From positions 1-64,000 of the forward strand of contig CAWGTN010000004.1 in the NCBI GenBank assembly GCA_963825525.1: DNA of 64,000 bases, given 5' to 3'. Position numbers and translations under genes: made by a program. This document shows positions 40,611 through 50,586 of this stretch, piece by piece. The DNA is from an uncultured Chloroflexia bacterium. Lineage in GTDB: Bacteria; Chloroflexota; Limnocylindria; QHBO01. Position 1 is the stretch's first letter. Every line of letters starts with the position of its first letter. A model generated the notes under the pieces. That model was not told where the DNA came from and made no database searches. It saw only the letters and a list, made by a program, of their open reading frames with translations.

Positions 40611-42563
40611 TCAGCGCTCCCGGGCCATCTCGACGAACGCATCGAGCGACGAAGGATCGGCCAGGGAGCCGCGCGAGGCGGCGACGTCGGGATCAGTGCC
40701 GGTGAGAATGCGCTTCACCGGCACTTCCAGCTTCTTGCCCGACAGCGTGCGAGGGATGGCCGGCACGGCGTGGATGTCATCGGGTGCGTGGCGCGGTGAC
40801 AGCGTCGTTCTGAGTTCCCCGATGATGCGGTCGCGCACGTCCGCATCCAGCCGCGCGCCGGGTTGGAGTGCCACGAACAGCACCAGCCGGTCCTCCGCGT
40901 CCAGGTGGACGACGAGAGAGTCGGCCACTTCCTCGATGGACTCCACGACCGCGTAGAACTCGGCGGTGCCGATCCTTACCCCGCCCCGATTGAGCGTGGC
41001 ATCCGACCGTCCGCTGATCACGCACGACCCGCGCTCGCTGAACGTGATCCAGTCGCCGTGGCGCCACACGCCGGGGAACTCGTCGAAGTAGGCGGCCCGA
41101 TACCGCTCTCGGTCGGGATCATTCCAGAAGGCCACCGGCATGGAGGGCATCGGCGCGGTGATCACGAGCTCGCCCTGCTGCCCGATCAGCGGTTCGCCGA
41201 CCTCGGAGTACGCCTCGACCGCGCAGCCGAGGTGCCGGCACGACAGCTCGCCCTCCCATACCGGAACCAGCGGTGACGCGCCGACGAAGGCCGTGCACAC
41301 ATCGGTGCCGCCCGAGACGGATTGGAGCTGCGCCGTGGGGGAGATGGCGTCGTACACATAGCGGAACCCCTCGACGGGCAACGGCGCGCCGGTCGACCCG
41401 ATGCCGCGCAGCCGCGACAGATCCGACGTGTCGCCGGGCTTGAGCCCCGCCTTGCGACAGGCCATGAGATACGGCGCGCTGGTGCCGAAGTAGGTGACGC
41501 GCTCCTCCTCGGCAAGGCGCCACAGGGCGCCGAGGTCGGGATGTGCCGGCGACCCGTCGTAGAGCACGATCGTGGCGCCGACTGCCAGCCCCGAGACCAG
41601 GTAGTTCCACATCATCCAACCGGTGGTACTGAACCAGAAGAACCGGTCCTGGCGGCCAAGATCGTGGTGGAGGGCGTGGATCTTGAGGTGCTCGAGCAGG
41701 ATGCCGCCGTGACCGTGAACGATCGGCTTCGGGAGACCGGTGGTTCCCGAGCTGTAGAGCACGAACAGCGGATGGTCGAACGGGACGGGATCGAATTCCA
41801 GCAGCCCCGGCTCGGCCGTCAGCTCGGACCAGCTGGTCGCATCCGGGATGCCCGGCGCGTCGGGCCGAAGATAGGGCAGCACGACGGTGGCGGTGAGGCT
41901 CGGCAGTGCCGCTCGAATCGCCGCCACCTCCGGTCCGCGGTCCACCGCCCGATCGCCGTAGCGGTAGCCGTCGATCGTGATCAGCACCTTCGGCTCGATC
42001 TGGCTGAGCCGATCGACGACGCTGCGGGTGCCGAACTCGGGAGCGCAGCTCGACCACAGGGCGCCGAGGGAGGCCGTGGCCAGCAACGCGATGGCGGCCT
42101 CCGGCACGTTGGGGAGGTAGCCGGCCACCCGGTCGCCGCGGCCGATGCCCAGTCGTTGCAGGCCGGCGCGCGCGCGTGCGACGCCATCGCGCAGCTCGTC
42201 CACGGTCAGGGTCGTCCGGTCGCGGGTCTGTGAGCGACCGATAACCACCACGTCGTCGCCGGCGCGGTCCTCGAGACGCAGGCAGTGCTCGGCCCAGTTC
42301 AGCCGCGCCCCCGGAAACCACGTCGCGCCGGGCATGCTCGCGTCGGCGAGGGCCGGTCCACGCTCGGCAGAGGAGCGGACGCCGAAGTGATCCCAGACCG
42401 ATGTCCAGAAGGCGCCGGGCTCATCCAGCGACCAGCGCAGCAGGGCGTCGTAGGAGTCGAAGCGCAGCTCGTGCGCATCCTCGAGCCAGCGCAGGTACGC
42501 GCCAACGCGGGTTCGCTCGCGCACGTCCGCGGGTGGGCTCCAGAGTACGCGTGGCTGAGTCAT
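40611..42563 (-). CDS. Acetoacetate--CoA ligase (acetoacetyl-CoA synthetase)
   Basis: YSSGTTGLPKPIVH, TTGWMMWN, SGGTD, GRSDATLNRGGVRIGT, SGKKLEVPVK. Confidence 0.92.
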   Translation of the reverse strand: MTQPRVLWSPPADVRERTRVGAYLRWLEDAHELRFDSYDALLRWSLDEPGAFWTSVWDHFGVRSSAERGPALADASMPGATWFPGARLNWAEHCLRLEDRAGDDVVVIGRSQTRDRTTLTVDELRDGVARARAGLQRLGIGRGDRVAGYLPNVPEAAIALLATASLGALWSSCAPEFGTRSVVDRLSQIEPKVLITIDGYRYGDRAVDRGPEVAAIRAALPSLTATVVLPYLRPDAPGIPDATSWSELTAEPGLLEFDPVPFDHPLFVLYSSGTTGLPKPIVHGHGGILLEHLKIHALHHDLGRQDRFFWFSTTGWMMWNYLVSGLAVGATIVLYDGSPAHPDLGALWRLAEEERVTYFGTSAPYLMACRKAGLKPGDTSDLSRLRGIGSTGAPLPVEGFRYVYDAISPTAQLQSVSGGTDVCTAFVGASPLVPVWEGELSCRHLGCAVEAYSEVGEPLIGQQGELVITAPMPSMPVAFWNDPDRERYRAAYFDEFPGVWRHGDWITFSERGSCVISGRSDATLNRGGVRIGTAEFYAVVESIEEVADSLVVHLDAEDRLVLFVALQPGARLDADVRDRIIGELRTTLSPRHAPDDIHAVPAIPRTLSGKKLEVPVKRILTGTDPDVAASRGSLADPSSLDAFVEMARER

Positions 42564-42605
42564 GTGTCCGATCATGCCAGAGCGGACGCTATCCTCACGT
42601 GACCC

Positions 42606-44729
42606 ATGCTCGCGTTCGCCACCGTCCTGGTGCTCCTGCTCGGCTCGCCGCTGTCCGGCGCCAGCGGACCCAATGCGGTCGCGGTCCTTCCCGAGGAGCC
42701 GGAGGCGGTCGTCCTCCCGGATGCGCCGATCCTGCAGACGATCGCCGCCGATGTCGACGGCGATGGCCAGCGCGAGGTCGTCCGCCTCGTGCGCGGGGCC
42801 GACGACGCGGTCTTCGTCGAGGTCTGGGCGCAGACCGGCGAAGCCTGGGCCCAGCGAGGCGATCCCGTGCTGGCGGTTCCGCCGTCACGTATCGGCGCTC
42901 GGATCGACCCGGTGTACCTCGCGACCCCCGTCCAGCTGCTCATCCGCCGCGTCGACGGCGCCGAACGGGTGACCGTGGCCAGCCAGCCTCACTTCGAGGA
43001 GATCGACGTGGGGCCGCCGTGTTGCCTGCAGCTCCACGACCTCGAGCTGCGCGATGGTGTGGTGACGCGACGCGAGGTGGCCGAGTCGAGCAATTTCAGC
43101 GACGCGCTGCTCGTCATCGACTTCGACGGCGACGGGACGGACGAGATCCTGTCGACCCACTCACTGACACCTCTCGGCGATCTCGAGTTTCCGATCGACG
43201 CCCGCGTCCACCGCTGGCAGGGCGATCGGTTCGGACGCCCGACCGTCACGAACCTGCCGATCGGTTCCGGCCACGCCCCCGTGTGGCTGGGCGACACCGA
43301 TGGGCTGCCCGGAGACGAAGCCGCGCTTCTCCCCTCACCACCAGGCCCGCTTGGCATCTACCGTCTGCGCCTCGTCGAGGGCGACATCGTCGTCGCCGAT
43401 GCGGGCGGGGTCGCAGCCGCACAGGCCGTGGCCGTGCCGCTGCACGATGGTCGCGGGATCGCGACGGTGAGCCCGGTGGCGGGGTTCGCCGTGGCAGCGT
43501 GGCCCGCGGGCCAGCCGATCGGCGAGCCCGAGGTACAATTGGGCGACGATGACCTGGAGATCGTGGGCGTCGTGTCGCTGGCGGGGGACCGCGTCGTGCT
43601 CCACGACCCCCGTACAGAAGCCGTTCGCCTGGTGGACCTGCCGGGCATCGGGAGCCCGCTGACAACGGCGGTGACGCGCAGCCCGGCGGCCGCGACGCTG
43701 GCCGAGACCGCCCTGGCTCCCTTCAGCGGCCTGATCCCCGGCGGATCGGTCGGCGGCGAGCCCGCGGTCATCCACCAGGGTCGGCTGGTGCCGTCGCCAT
43801 TCGGCTCGCCCTTCGATCCCACGTCGGTGGTTGCCAGCCTGGCGGGTGCAGAGCCGGTTGGCCTCGTGGGCCGTGGCCGGGAGACGCTGGTTCTCGATCA
43901 CGCATCGCCCGGCGTCACGTCCATCAGCAACGGCCGGGGTGGCGTGCTGCTCGCGCCGTCGGTTCGCCCGTCGGGCTGGACGAGCCTGGTGCCCCTCGAG
44001 ACGGTCGGGCAGCGCGAGCTGGACGACGGCGCGTTCGAGCCATCCTTGCGCGGTGCCCAGGCCATCGATGCGCGTGGCACCATCGCCGTCGGACCTGGCG
44101 GCTTCGTGGCCCAGGTCCAGGCGCCCGTCGGATCCCGCGTCTTCGTGGGCAATCCCGACCCATCGGTCATCGGGGTGCCGATCGTGGTTCCGGCCAGCGG
44201 CCGAGTGGATGCGCCGTTCGCTCCGCCCACGGTGGCGACCGCCAACCCGCGGTACCGGGCGACCCTGATCGTCCAGACGCCTGCAGGCCGAGGCTACCTC
44301 GCCACCTGGAACGTCCGTGTCCACGACCAGCCGCCGGAGCTCGAGGCGTCCAGCTTCACCGATCTCGGATCCGATCGAGTTGAAGTCCGCGGACGCGTCG
44401 CAACCGGCAGCTCGGTGCGGGTGGACGGCGAGGACGTGGCGGTCGATGACACCGGCCGGTTCAGCGCACGCGTCACGTTGCCGCCGTGGCCGACCGAGGT
44501 GGAGGTGATCGCGGACGACGGGTTCGGCAACATGGCCCGACGCACGGTCGTCGGCGTCGGCGTGTTCGACTATCGCGGACTTCCATGGGTGCCGATCACC
44601 GCGTTGCTGGTGGCGGCGGTCGGTGTGGTGCTCTTCCTGCGCGTGCCGCGGGCAATGCCGCTACCGCGACAGCCCGATGACGACGCGCGATACGAGGAGA
44701 TCGATCCCGAGCAGGGTGAGGAGCCCTAG
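42606..44729 (+). CDS. Surface protein with FG-GAP/VCBS-like repeats, Ig-like domain and C-terminal TM anchor (paralog 2)
   Basis: Signal peptide; DVDGDGQRE, DFDGDGTDEI, DTDGLPGDE; ADDGFGN; DYRGLPW + TM. Confidence 0.78.
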   Translation: MLAFATVLVLLLGSPLSGASGPNAVAVLPEEPEAVVLPDAPILQTIAADVDGDGQREVVRLVRGADDAVFVEVWAQTGEAWAQRGDPVLAVPPSRIGARIDPVYLATPVQLLIRRVDGAERVTVASQPHFEEIDVGPPCCLQLHDLELRDGVVTRREVAESSNFSDALLVIDFDGDGTDEILSTHSLTPLGDLEFPIDARVHRWQGDRFGRPTVTNLPIGSGHAPVWLGDTDGLPGDEAALLPSPPGPLGIYRLRLVEGDIVVADAGGVAAAQAVAVPLHDGRGIATVSPVAGFAVAAWPAGQPIGEPEVQLGDDDLEIVGVVSLAGDRVVLHDPRTEAVRLVDLPGIGSPLTTAVTRSPAAATLAETALAPFSGLIPGGSVGGEPAVIHQGRLVPSPFGSPFDPTSVVASLAGAEPVGLVGRGRETLVLDHASPGVTSISNGRGGVLLAPSVRPSGWTSLVPLETVGQRELDDGAFEPSLRGAQAIDARGTIAVGPGGFVAQVQAPVGSRVFVGNPDPSVIGVPIVVPASGRVDAPFAPPTVATANPRYRATLIVQTPAGRGYLATWNVRVHDQPPELEASSFTDLGSDRVEVRGRVATGSSVRVDGEDVAVDDTGRFSARVTLPPWPTEVEVIADDGFGNMARRTVVGVGVFDYRGLPWVPITALLVAAVGVVLFLRVPRAMPLPRQPDDDARYEEIDPEQGEEP

Positions 44730-47689
44730 CCGCCGCGCCGGCGGCGCGCAAGCCGCTCGGCGAGTGTTTCGCCGGCCGCAGGTTCCTCCCTAGGGGGCTC
44801 GGGGCGCGGTGCCTCGGCGGGCGGTGCCTCGGCGGGCGGGGGAGGCTGGGCCGCTTGAGGCGGTCTCGGGGCAGGTCGCGCGGGTGGTCGCGGCGCATCG
44901 GGAACGGCAGCCGTCTCCGCGGGTGGCGGAGCCACCGGGCGCTCGGAGCGACGGGCGCTCCGCTCACGTGCCGCACGCAGCTCGGACAGCCCGGCGACCG
45001 CCTCCGGCTCGGCTCGTCCGAGCCCCACGCGCTGCGCCGCCCACGATCGCGCGCGGCGCAGGTCGGACCGGGCCAGCGCCACGCGACGCACGCCGACGTC
45101 GAGTGGCACCAGCACGATGGCCAGCAGGAGCAGCCACGGCCAGATCGGAGTCGGGAAGGCATCCGCGACGATGTCGTGCGTCCACACCGCTGCCGGCGCG
45201 TCCTCGCCGTCCAGGGCGCGCTCCACGCCACGTCCGGCCTGGGCGAATGCGGTGAGCGCGGCGGTGTCGACGCCCAGCCGCCGATACTCCTCCGCTGCCG
45301 GCGACACGACGCCCAGCGTGCGGCTGGCGGCGTCAGTCCCGCTCTCGTCCTCGATGGTCTGGGCCACGCGCACCAGGTACGCTCCCTGGCCCTCCGCCCG
45401 CACGGTCCCGGCGTAGCGTCCCGGGCCGATCTGCTCCAGCACGGCCTGGGTCGGCTCGAGGTCGGGCGATACCAGTCGCAGGACGGTCCGATAGAAGTTC
45501 CTGGGGCCGGCATCGGCGTCGAACGAGGTCACCTCGACGTTCAGCTCGCCGCGTTCGCCGGGGCTGAACCGGACATCGATGCCCTCGGCGTCCTGGGGTG
45601 GCAGGGTCCACGCCACCAGCTGCGCGGTCAGGGTCCCGAATTCCGGCGTGCCGATCCACGGCGCGGCCCACAGCGGCCGGGTGTCCGAGGTCCACGCGAC
45701 CGCTCGGCCCAACCCGTACTGCCACTGCGCGAGCAGCGGATCCTCGCGCCCGGTCAACAGCGCCACGGTGGCGCTCCCCTTGGCTGTGGTCGCGTTGTAG
45801 CCGAGCAGCTGCGGCAGCCGGCCGGCGTCCAGCCCGTCGAGGATCTCCGACGAGGACGAGGGAATGGGCTGGAACGTCTCCTCCACGATCTGCTCGCCGG
45901 CGGTCCGGATCGTCTCGCGCAGGAAGATGTCGGGGATGGTTGTGGCGTCCGCGGCGTCGTAATACCGTCCGCCCGACTCTTCCGCCAGCCGGCGAAGGAT
46001 CTGGGCCGAGCCGCCGCCGGTGCCGATGGTCGACAGCGTGATCCCGGCCGCCCGCATGTCGGCGATGAGCTCGTCGTACGCCCCGTGCGTCGACCAGCCA
46101 TCGGTGATGAGGATGATGTGGCGCAGGGTGGCGGGGTTGTTGACGAGGTCGTCGTAGGCGGCCTTGAGCCCGGCATAGATGTTCGTATTGCCGTCGGCAG
46201 GGAAGCCGATGCCCGCGTCGAGCGCGCCGAAGTCGATCGGCGCGGTGCGTACCGCCCAGTGCGCGTTCTGATCGAACGCCACCACCCCGAGCTGGTCGGT
46301 GGGGGCCATTGCCTCGGCGGCGCGCAGGATCGCCTCCCGTGCGATGTCGACCTTCTCGAACCCGCGCTGGCCCGATGGATTCGCGTTGTCGCGCGAGTCG
46401 CCGGTGCAGTGGCAGTCGGCCATGCTGCCGGACTTGTCGACGACGGCCACCATCGCAACGTCGGGCGATCGCTCGCGGTCGCGCACCGTCATGTACACGG
46501 GGAGGGTCTCCTCGAGCGCCGTGCCAAGGTAGCCACCGGCCCCGAAGCTGTCGCGCCCGCCGAGCATGACCAGGCCTTTGCCGAGGTCGCGGACGTACAC
46601 CTGCAGGGTGGCCATCGTCGCCTCGCCCAGGTCGGAGGCCTCGACGTTGTCGAGCACCACGGTGTCGTAGCCGGCAAGGGTGGCCAGGCTGGATGGAACC
46701 CCGCCGGCCGGCACCACGGTGACCTCGAGGCTGCCGTCGCCCAGCGAGGCGATGAGGTCCGCGGCCCGCTGTGGATCATCGGTGGCCACCAGGATCTGCG
46801 GCTCACCCGTGACCAGCACGTACGCGTCCGCCGCATTGTTCTGTGCGAATCGATCGATGTCCGACTCGATGACGGCCCGGAAGACGTGGAATCCCGGCTC
46901 GGTGGCGGTCACCGAGAACGGGATGGTGGTGATGCCGGGCTCGAGTTGGAGCTCTCGGGTCGCGACGGTCGCCCCGTCCGCCAGGAGGCGCAGGGTGGCG
47001 TCGGTGGTGACCGTCGAGCGCAGCCGAGCCACCAGGTCGATCGTCTCACCGACGCGCGCCCCGGGTGGCGCGTCGAGTGCATCCATCAGGACCTCGGCCG
47101 CCGACTCGTCCGCGGGCACCACCACGTCGAAGCGAATCCCGCGCGCCGCGGCGGCGGCGATGGCGTCGTCGGCCTCGCCCGAGGTGTCGTTGCCGTCCGA
47201 CAGCAGGACCATGCGCTGCTGCGAGCCGGTCGGGAAGATCGCCGCCGCCAACCGGACCGCTGCCGCAACATCGGTCGCGCCGACAACCGGCTGGGAGGCG
47301 GGGTCGGACAGCTGGTCGAGCTCGGAGGGGAGCCGATCAACCAGGGCGTTGGCGCCGAACACCACGACCCCGGCCGTGTCGCCCTCGGGCTTCTGGCGGA
47401 CGCTGGCCCGTGCCCACTCGACGAGCTCGTCGCTCGTGGCATCGAGCATGGAGGCGGAAGCGTCCAGGAGGTACACCACGCTGAGCCGATCCGACGGCAG
47501 CGCCAGGCGGGTGCCTGCCAGCGCCAGCACGAGGGCCGAGACGAGCGTCAGTCGAATGACGAGCGAGGCAATACGCCGGCCCCTGGGCAGGGTCCGCGAT
47601 GCCCCGAGCCAGCCGACCGCCACGAGCAGAACGGCCGGCACGATCAGCCACAGCCAGATCGGATCGGAGAACGCCAGCGGGAGGCTCAT
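44726..47689 (-). CDS. Membrane protein with two VWA domains, Ig-like and glutamine-amidotransferase-like domains
   Basis: DASASM and DKSGSM MIDAS motifs, LLSDGN, GG..SFGAGGY, WQYGLGRAVAWTSD, N- and C-terminal TMs. Confidence 0.85.
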   Translation of the reverse strand: MSLPLAFSDPIWLWLIVPAVLLVAVGWLGASRTLPRGRRIASLVIRLTLVSALVLALAGTRLALPSDRLSVVYLLDASASMLDATSDELVEWARASVRQKPEGDTAGVVVFGANALVDRLPSELDQLSDPASQPVVGATDVAAAVRLAAAIFPTGSQQRMVLLSDGNDTSGEADDAIAAAAARGIRFDVVVPADESAAEVLMDALDAPPGARVGETIDLVARLRSTVTTDATLRLLADGATVATRELQLEPGITTIPFSVTATEPGFHVFRAVIESDIDRFAQNNAADAYVLVTGEPQILVATDDPQRAADLIASLGDGSLEVTVVPAGGVPSSLATLAGYDTVVLDNVEASDLGEATMATLQVYVRDLGKGLVMLGGRDSFGAGGYLGTALEETLPVYMTVRDRERSPDVAMVAVVDKSGSMADCHCTGDSRDNANPSGQRGFEKVDIAREAILRAAEAMAPTDQLGVVAFDQNAHWAVRTAPIDFGALDAGIGFPADGNTNIYAGLKAAYDDLVNNPATLRHIILITDGWSTHGAYDELIADMRAAGITLSTIGTGGGSAQILRRLAEESGGRYYDAADATTIPDIFLRETIRTAGEQIVEETFQPIPSSSSEILDGLDAGRLPQLLGYNATTAKGSATVALLTGREDPLLAQWQYGLGRAVAWTSDTRPLWAAPWIGTPEFGTLTAQLVAWTLPPQDAEGIDVRFSPGERGELNVEVTSFDADAGPRNFYRTVLRLVSPDLEPTQAVLEQIGPGRYAGTVRAEGQGAYLVRVAQTIEDESGTDAASRTLGVVSPAAEEYRRLGVDTAALTAFAQAGRGVERALDGEDAPAAVWTHDIVADAFPTPIWPWLLLLAIVLVPLDVGVRRVALARSDLRRARSWAAQRVGLGRAEPEAVAGLSELRAARERSARRSERPVAPPPAETAAVPDAPRPPARPAPRPPQAAQPPPPAEAPPAEAPRPEPPREEPAAGETLAERLARRRRGG

Positions 47690-49651
47690 CGGGATCGGCC
47701 CCCGAGCGGCTGCGGGCGTCCCCGGAAGGCGCGAGCCAGGCTGCGTCGGGTCGGGCGATGGAAGAGGAGCCACTCCACCGCCAGCAGGGCGAGCGCGGCG
47801 AGCGCCAGGGGCCACCACCACTCGGCGCGCGTCGGCTGAGCGTCGGGCGCGTCGGTGGAGCTGACCCGGCCCATCTCCATGATGCGCTGCGCGTCTCCGG
47901 GCAGGACGTCCGACTCATCGGTGCTGAACAGGTTGATGGCCGTCTGGCCCAGCGACGTTCCCTGGAGCTCCGGCTCCTCGCTCACCGCGCGGACCTCGCG
48001 CAGTCCCACGACCTGCGCTCCCGGGATCGTGGCCCGTCCCCCGATCACCGGGACCTCGAGCTCCTGGGTGCCCGCTCCCGGCAGCCCGCTGGCACCCACG
48101 GTCGATACCGAGACGCGGTCGATCCGTGGGTCGATGGTCACGCTCACCGACTCGCCGAGGCGCATCGACGAAGGAAGGATCCCCTCGGCCACCGGCAGCA
48201 GGTACTCGGTGATGTTGCTCATCAGCAGCGGGAAGGCGATCTGGAGGGGAAGGTCCGACTCCCCGAGCGCAAAGCCGATGACGCCGATCCGCGATCCCGT
48301 CGACGTTGCCCACCGCGACCATCGGGGTGCCGCCACTCGTCGAGACCACCGCGCGCATGCCATCGGCAAGTGCCAGATCCCTCGTGCGGCCGACGTGCAC
48401 GGTCGAGAGGTCGACGAAGCGCAGGAGCGGATCCTCGGGGTCGACCCGGTCGATGACCGGGTTGTCGATGCGCCCGTCCACGGTTCCGAATACGCCGTCG
48501 GAGTCCGGATCGATGATCAGCGTCGGCAGAGAAGGCGCCTCGGCCGGCACGCTGCCGTCGAACACCACCAGTCCGTAGGGCGTTCCGGCCTCTTCGGCAT
48601 CGGCGATGGCGTCCTCGTAGCCATCCTCGTCGACCGCGTACAGCTCGAGGCGGGGGAGCAGTGCCAGGGCGTTCTCGAGGAAGGTGTTGCCTCCACCGAC
48701 CAGGAGGGCCCGGATCGTTCCGTCGGCAGGCACCATGGCCAGTGCTCGATCGTCGGTGACCAGGGCATCGGAGCCCGCCAGCCGGGCCTCGATGATGCGG
48801 GCCGATCCCGGCACGGTGGCGACGAGCGCCTCCGAGCGCTGGCCGGCCGGAATCGTGAGATCGCGGGCGTCGACCAGGGAGCCGTCGGCGTACACCTCCA
48901 GCCTGCGGGTGGCCTCCGCCGCCGAGGGATTCGCGACGGCGACGAACAGGTCAAGCTGCGCACCGCCCGAGCGTCGGAGGGCGGAGAGCGCGGCAATCGC
49001 CTGGTTCGCGCCGGTCTCACCAACGCGCTCGACCAGCACTGGCGCGCCGACTCCGAGCTCGGGAAGGCGCTCGCTGGCCGCATCGGTCACCACGACCACC
49101 GTCGAGTCGGCATCGCGCTGGGCCAGCGCCGATGCCAGGGCGAACGCATCGGTCAGATCGCCGGGCAGCTGGGTGGCCGTGATGGCATCGATGGCCTCCA
49201 GTGCGGCGTTCGTGTCATCGGTCTCGCTGACCAGGACGTCCGCCGTGTCCGAGGCCGAGACCACGGTGACTCGGCCGCCGACCGGCAGGCGCTCCACGAC
49301 CGACCGTGCCCGTTCGCGCGCCAGCGCCATGCGATCCTCGTCGTCAGTCCGGGTGGCCATGGAGGCGCTGGTGTCGACGATGAGCACGACGTTGGCCGCC
49401 AGGTCCGACTCGACCGCGCTGAACGGGCGGGCCGCGGCGAGCACCACGATGGCGGCGATCAGCAGCTGGACCAGCAGCAGCCAGCTGAATCGCAGCCGCT
49501 GCCACGGCGCGTTGGCCTCCACGTCCCTGATGAGCTGCTGCCACAGGAAGGTGGATCCGACCGGGAGGTCACGGCGTCGGAGGCGCAGCATGTAGAACGC
49601 CACGATGATCGGCAGGCTGACGAGGCCCAGCAGCGCGAGGGGGACGATCAT
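47686..49651 (-). CDS. BatA-domain/VWA membrane protein (frameshift near 48290)
   Basis: BatA N-terminus P.ALLGL...Y.LRLRR...STFLW, DTSASM, shifted frame SDLPLQIAFP...EWWWPL..ALLAVEW. Confidence 0.85.
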
Positions 49652-50541
49652 CACTCCACCACGCGTCGCCGACGCAGGACGTCGAACAGGAGATCCGCGA
49701 GATCGAGGTCGGAGGGCACCGTCACGTAGGCGCCACCGCGGCGGCTGACGAACGACGAGATCTCGGCCTGCCACTCCGCCAGCCGCGTCCGATAGCGATC
49801 GACGAGGTCATCGTCGCCCGATACCTCGACCGACTGCGCCGTCTCGAGGTCCACCAGCCGGGCGTCCGGCGGCACGTTGGGCTCGAGCTCGTCAGGTGCC
49901 AGGAGATGGAGGACCGAGACCTGGCAGCGCGTTCCCGACAGGTCGCGAAGGGCCTCGAGGTATCCCGGGTCCATGAGGTCGCTGATGAGAATGAGCGGAC
50001 CGGTGCCCCGCATGCGCGAGGCATAGGCACGGGCGGCCGACGCCAGCCCGGTGAGGCGCTCGGGCCGTGGCTCGGACAGGAAGCGGAAGAGCTCGAGCGC
50101 TCGGCGCTTGCCGCGCATGGGGCGCATGCCGGTTGAGCCGCCGTCGCCCAGGAAGGCGACGCTCACCCGATCCATGCTGGCCAGGCCCAGGTAGGCCAGG
50201 GCCGCCGCGGCACGACGCGCGGCATCGAGCTTGTTGGGTTCGCCGTAGTCCATCGAGCGCGACGCGTCCACCAGGACGTGGACCGTCACGTCCTCCTCCT
50301 CGACGAAGAGCTTGACGAACAGCTTCTCGAGCCGGGCATAGGCATTCCAGTCGAGCTGGCGAAGGTCGTCGCCGGGGGCGTAGTTACGGTAGTCGGCGAA
50401 CTCGACGCTCTGGCCACGGCGGACGCTGCGACGCTCACCTTTCATGCGCCCCGCCGTCATGCGGCGCGACGCCAGCTCGAGCTGTTCGAGCCGTCGAAGG
50501 AATGTCTCGTCGAAGAACGGCGCGCGCGGCGAGGCGGTCAC
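49651..50541 (-). CDS. DUF58 (VWA-like) protein
   Basis: EFADYRNYAPGDDLRQLDWN, DASRSM, ISDL. Confidence 0.9.
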   Translation of the reverse strand: MTASPRAPFFDETFLRRLEQLELASRRMTAGRMKGERRSVRRGQSVEFADYRNYAPGDDLRQLDWNAYARLEKLFVKLFVEEEDVTVHVLVDASRSMDYGEPNKLDAARRAAAALAYLGLASMDRVSVAFLGDGGSTGMRPMRGKRRALELFRFLSEPRPERLTGLASAARAYASRMRGTGPLILISDLMDPGYLEALRDLSGTRCQVSVLHLLAPDELEPNVPPDARLVDLETAQSVEVSGDDDLVDRYRTRLAEWQAEISSFVSRRGGAYVTVPSDLDLADLLFDVLRRRRVVE

Positions 50542-50586
50542 CGGGCCGGGCCCGTCGGCGGGAATGTGAGGCGGCTCATCGGCCGC

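Noticed and set aside
44855-47839. Very long antisense ORFs (e.g. 994 aa here, 646 aa at 5345-7285, 582 aa at 21213-22961)
   Set aside because: Shadow ORFs opposite real genes, expected at ~70% GC; no recognisable motifs.
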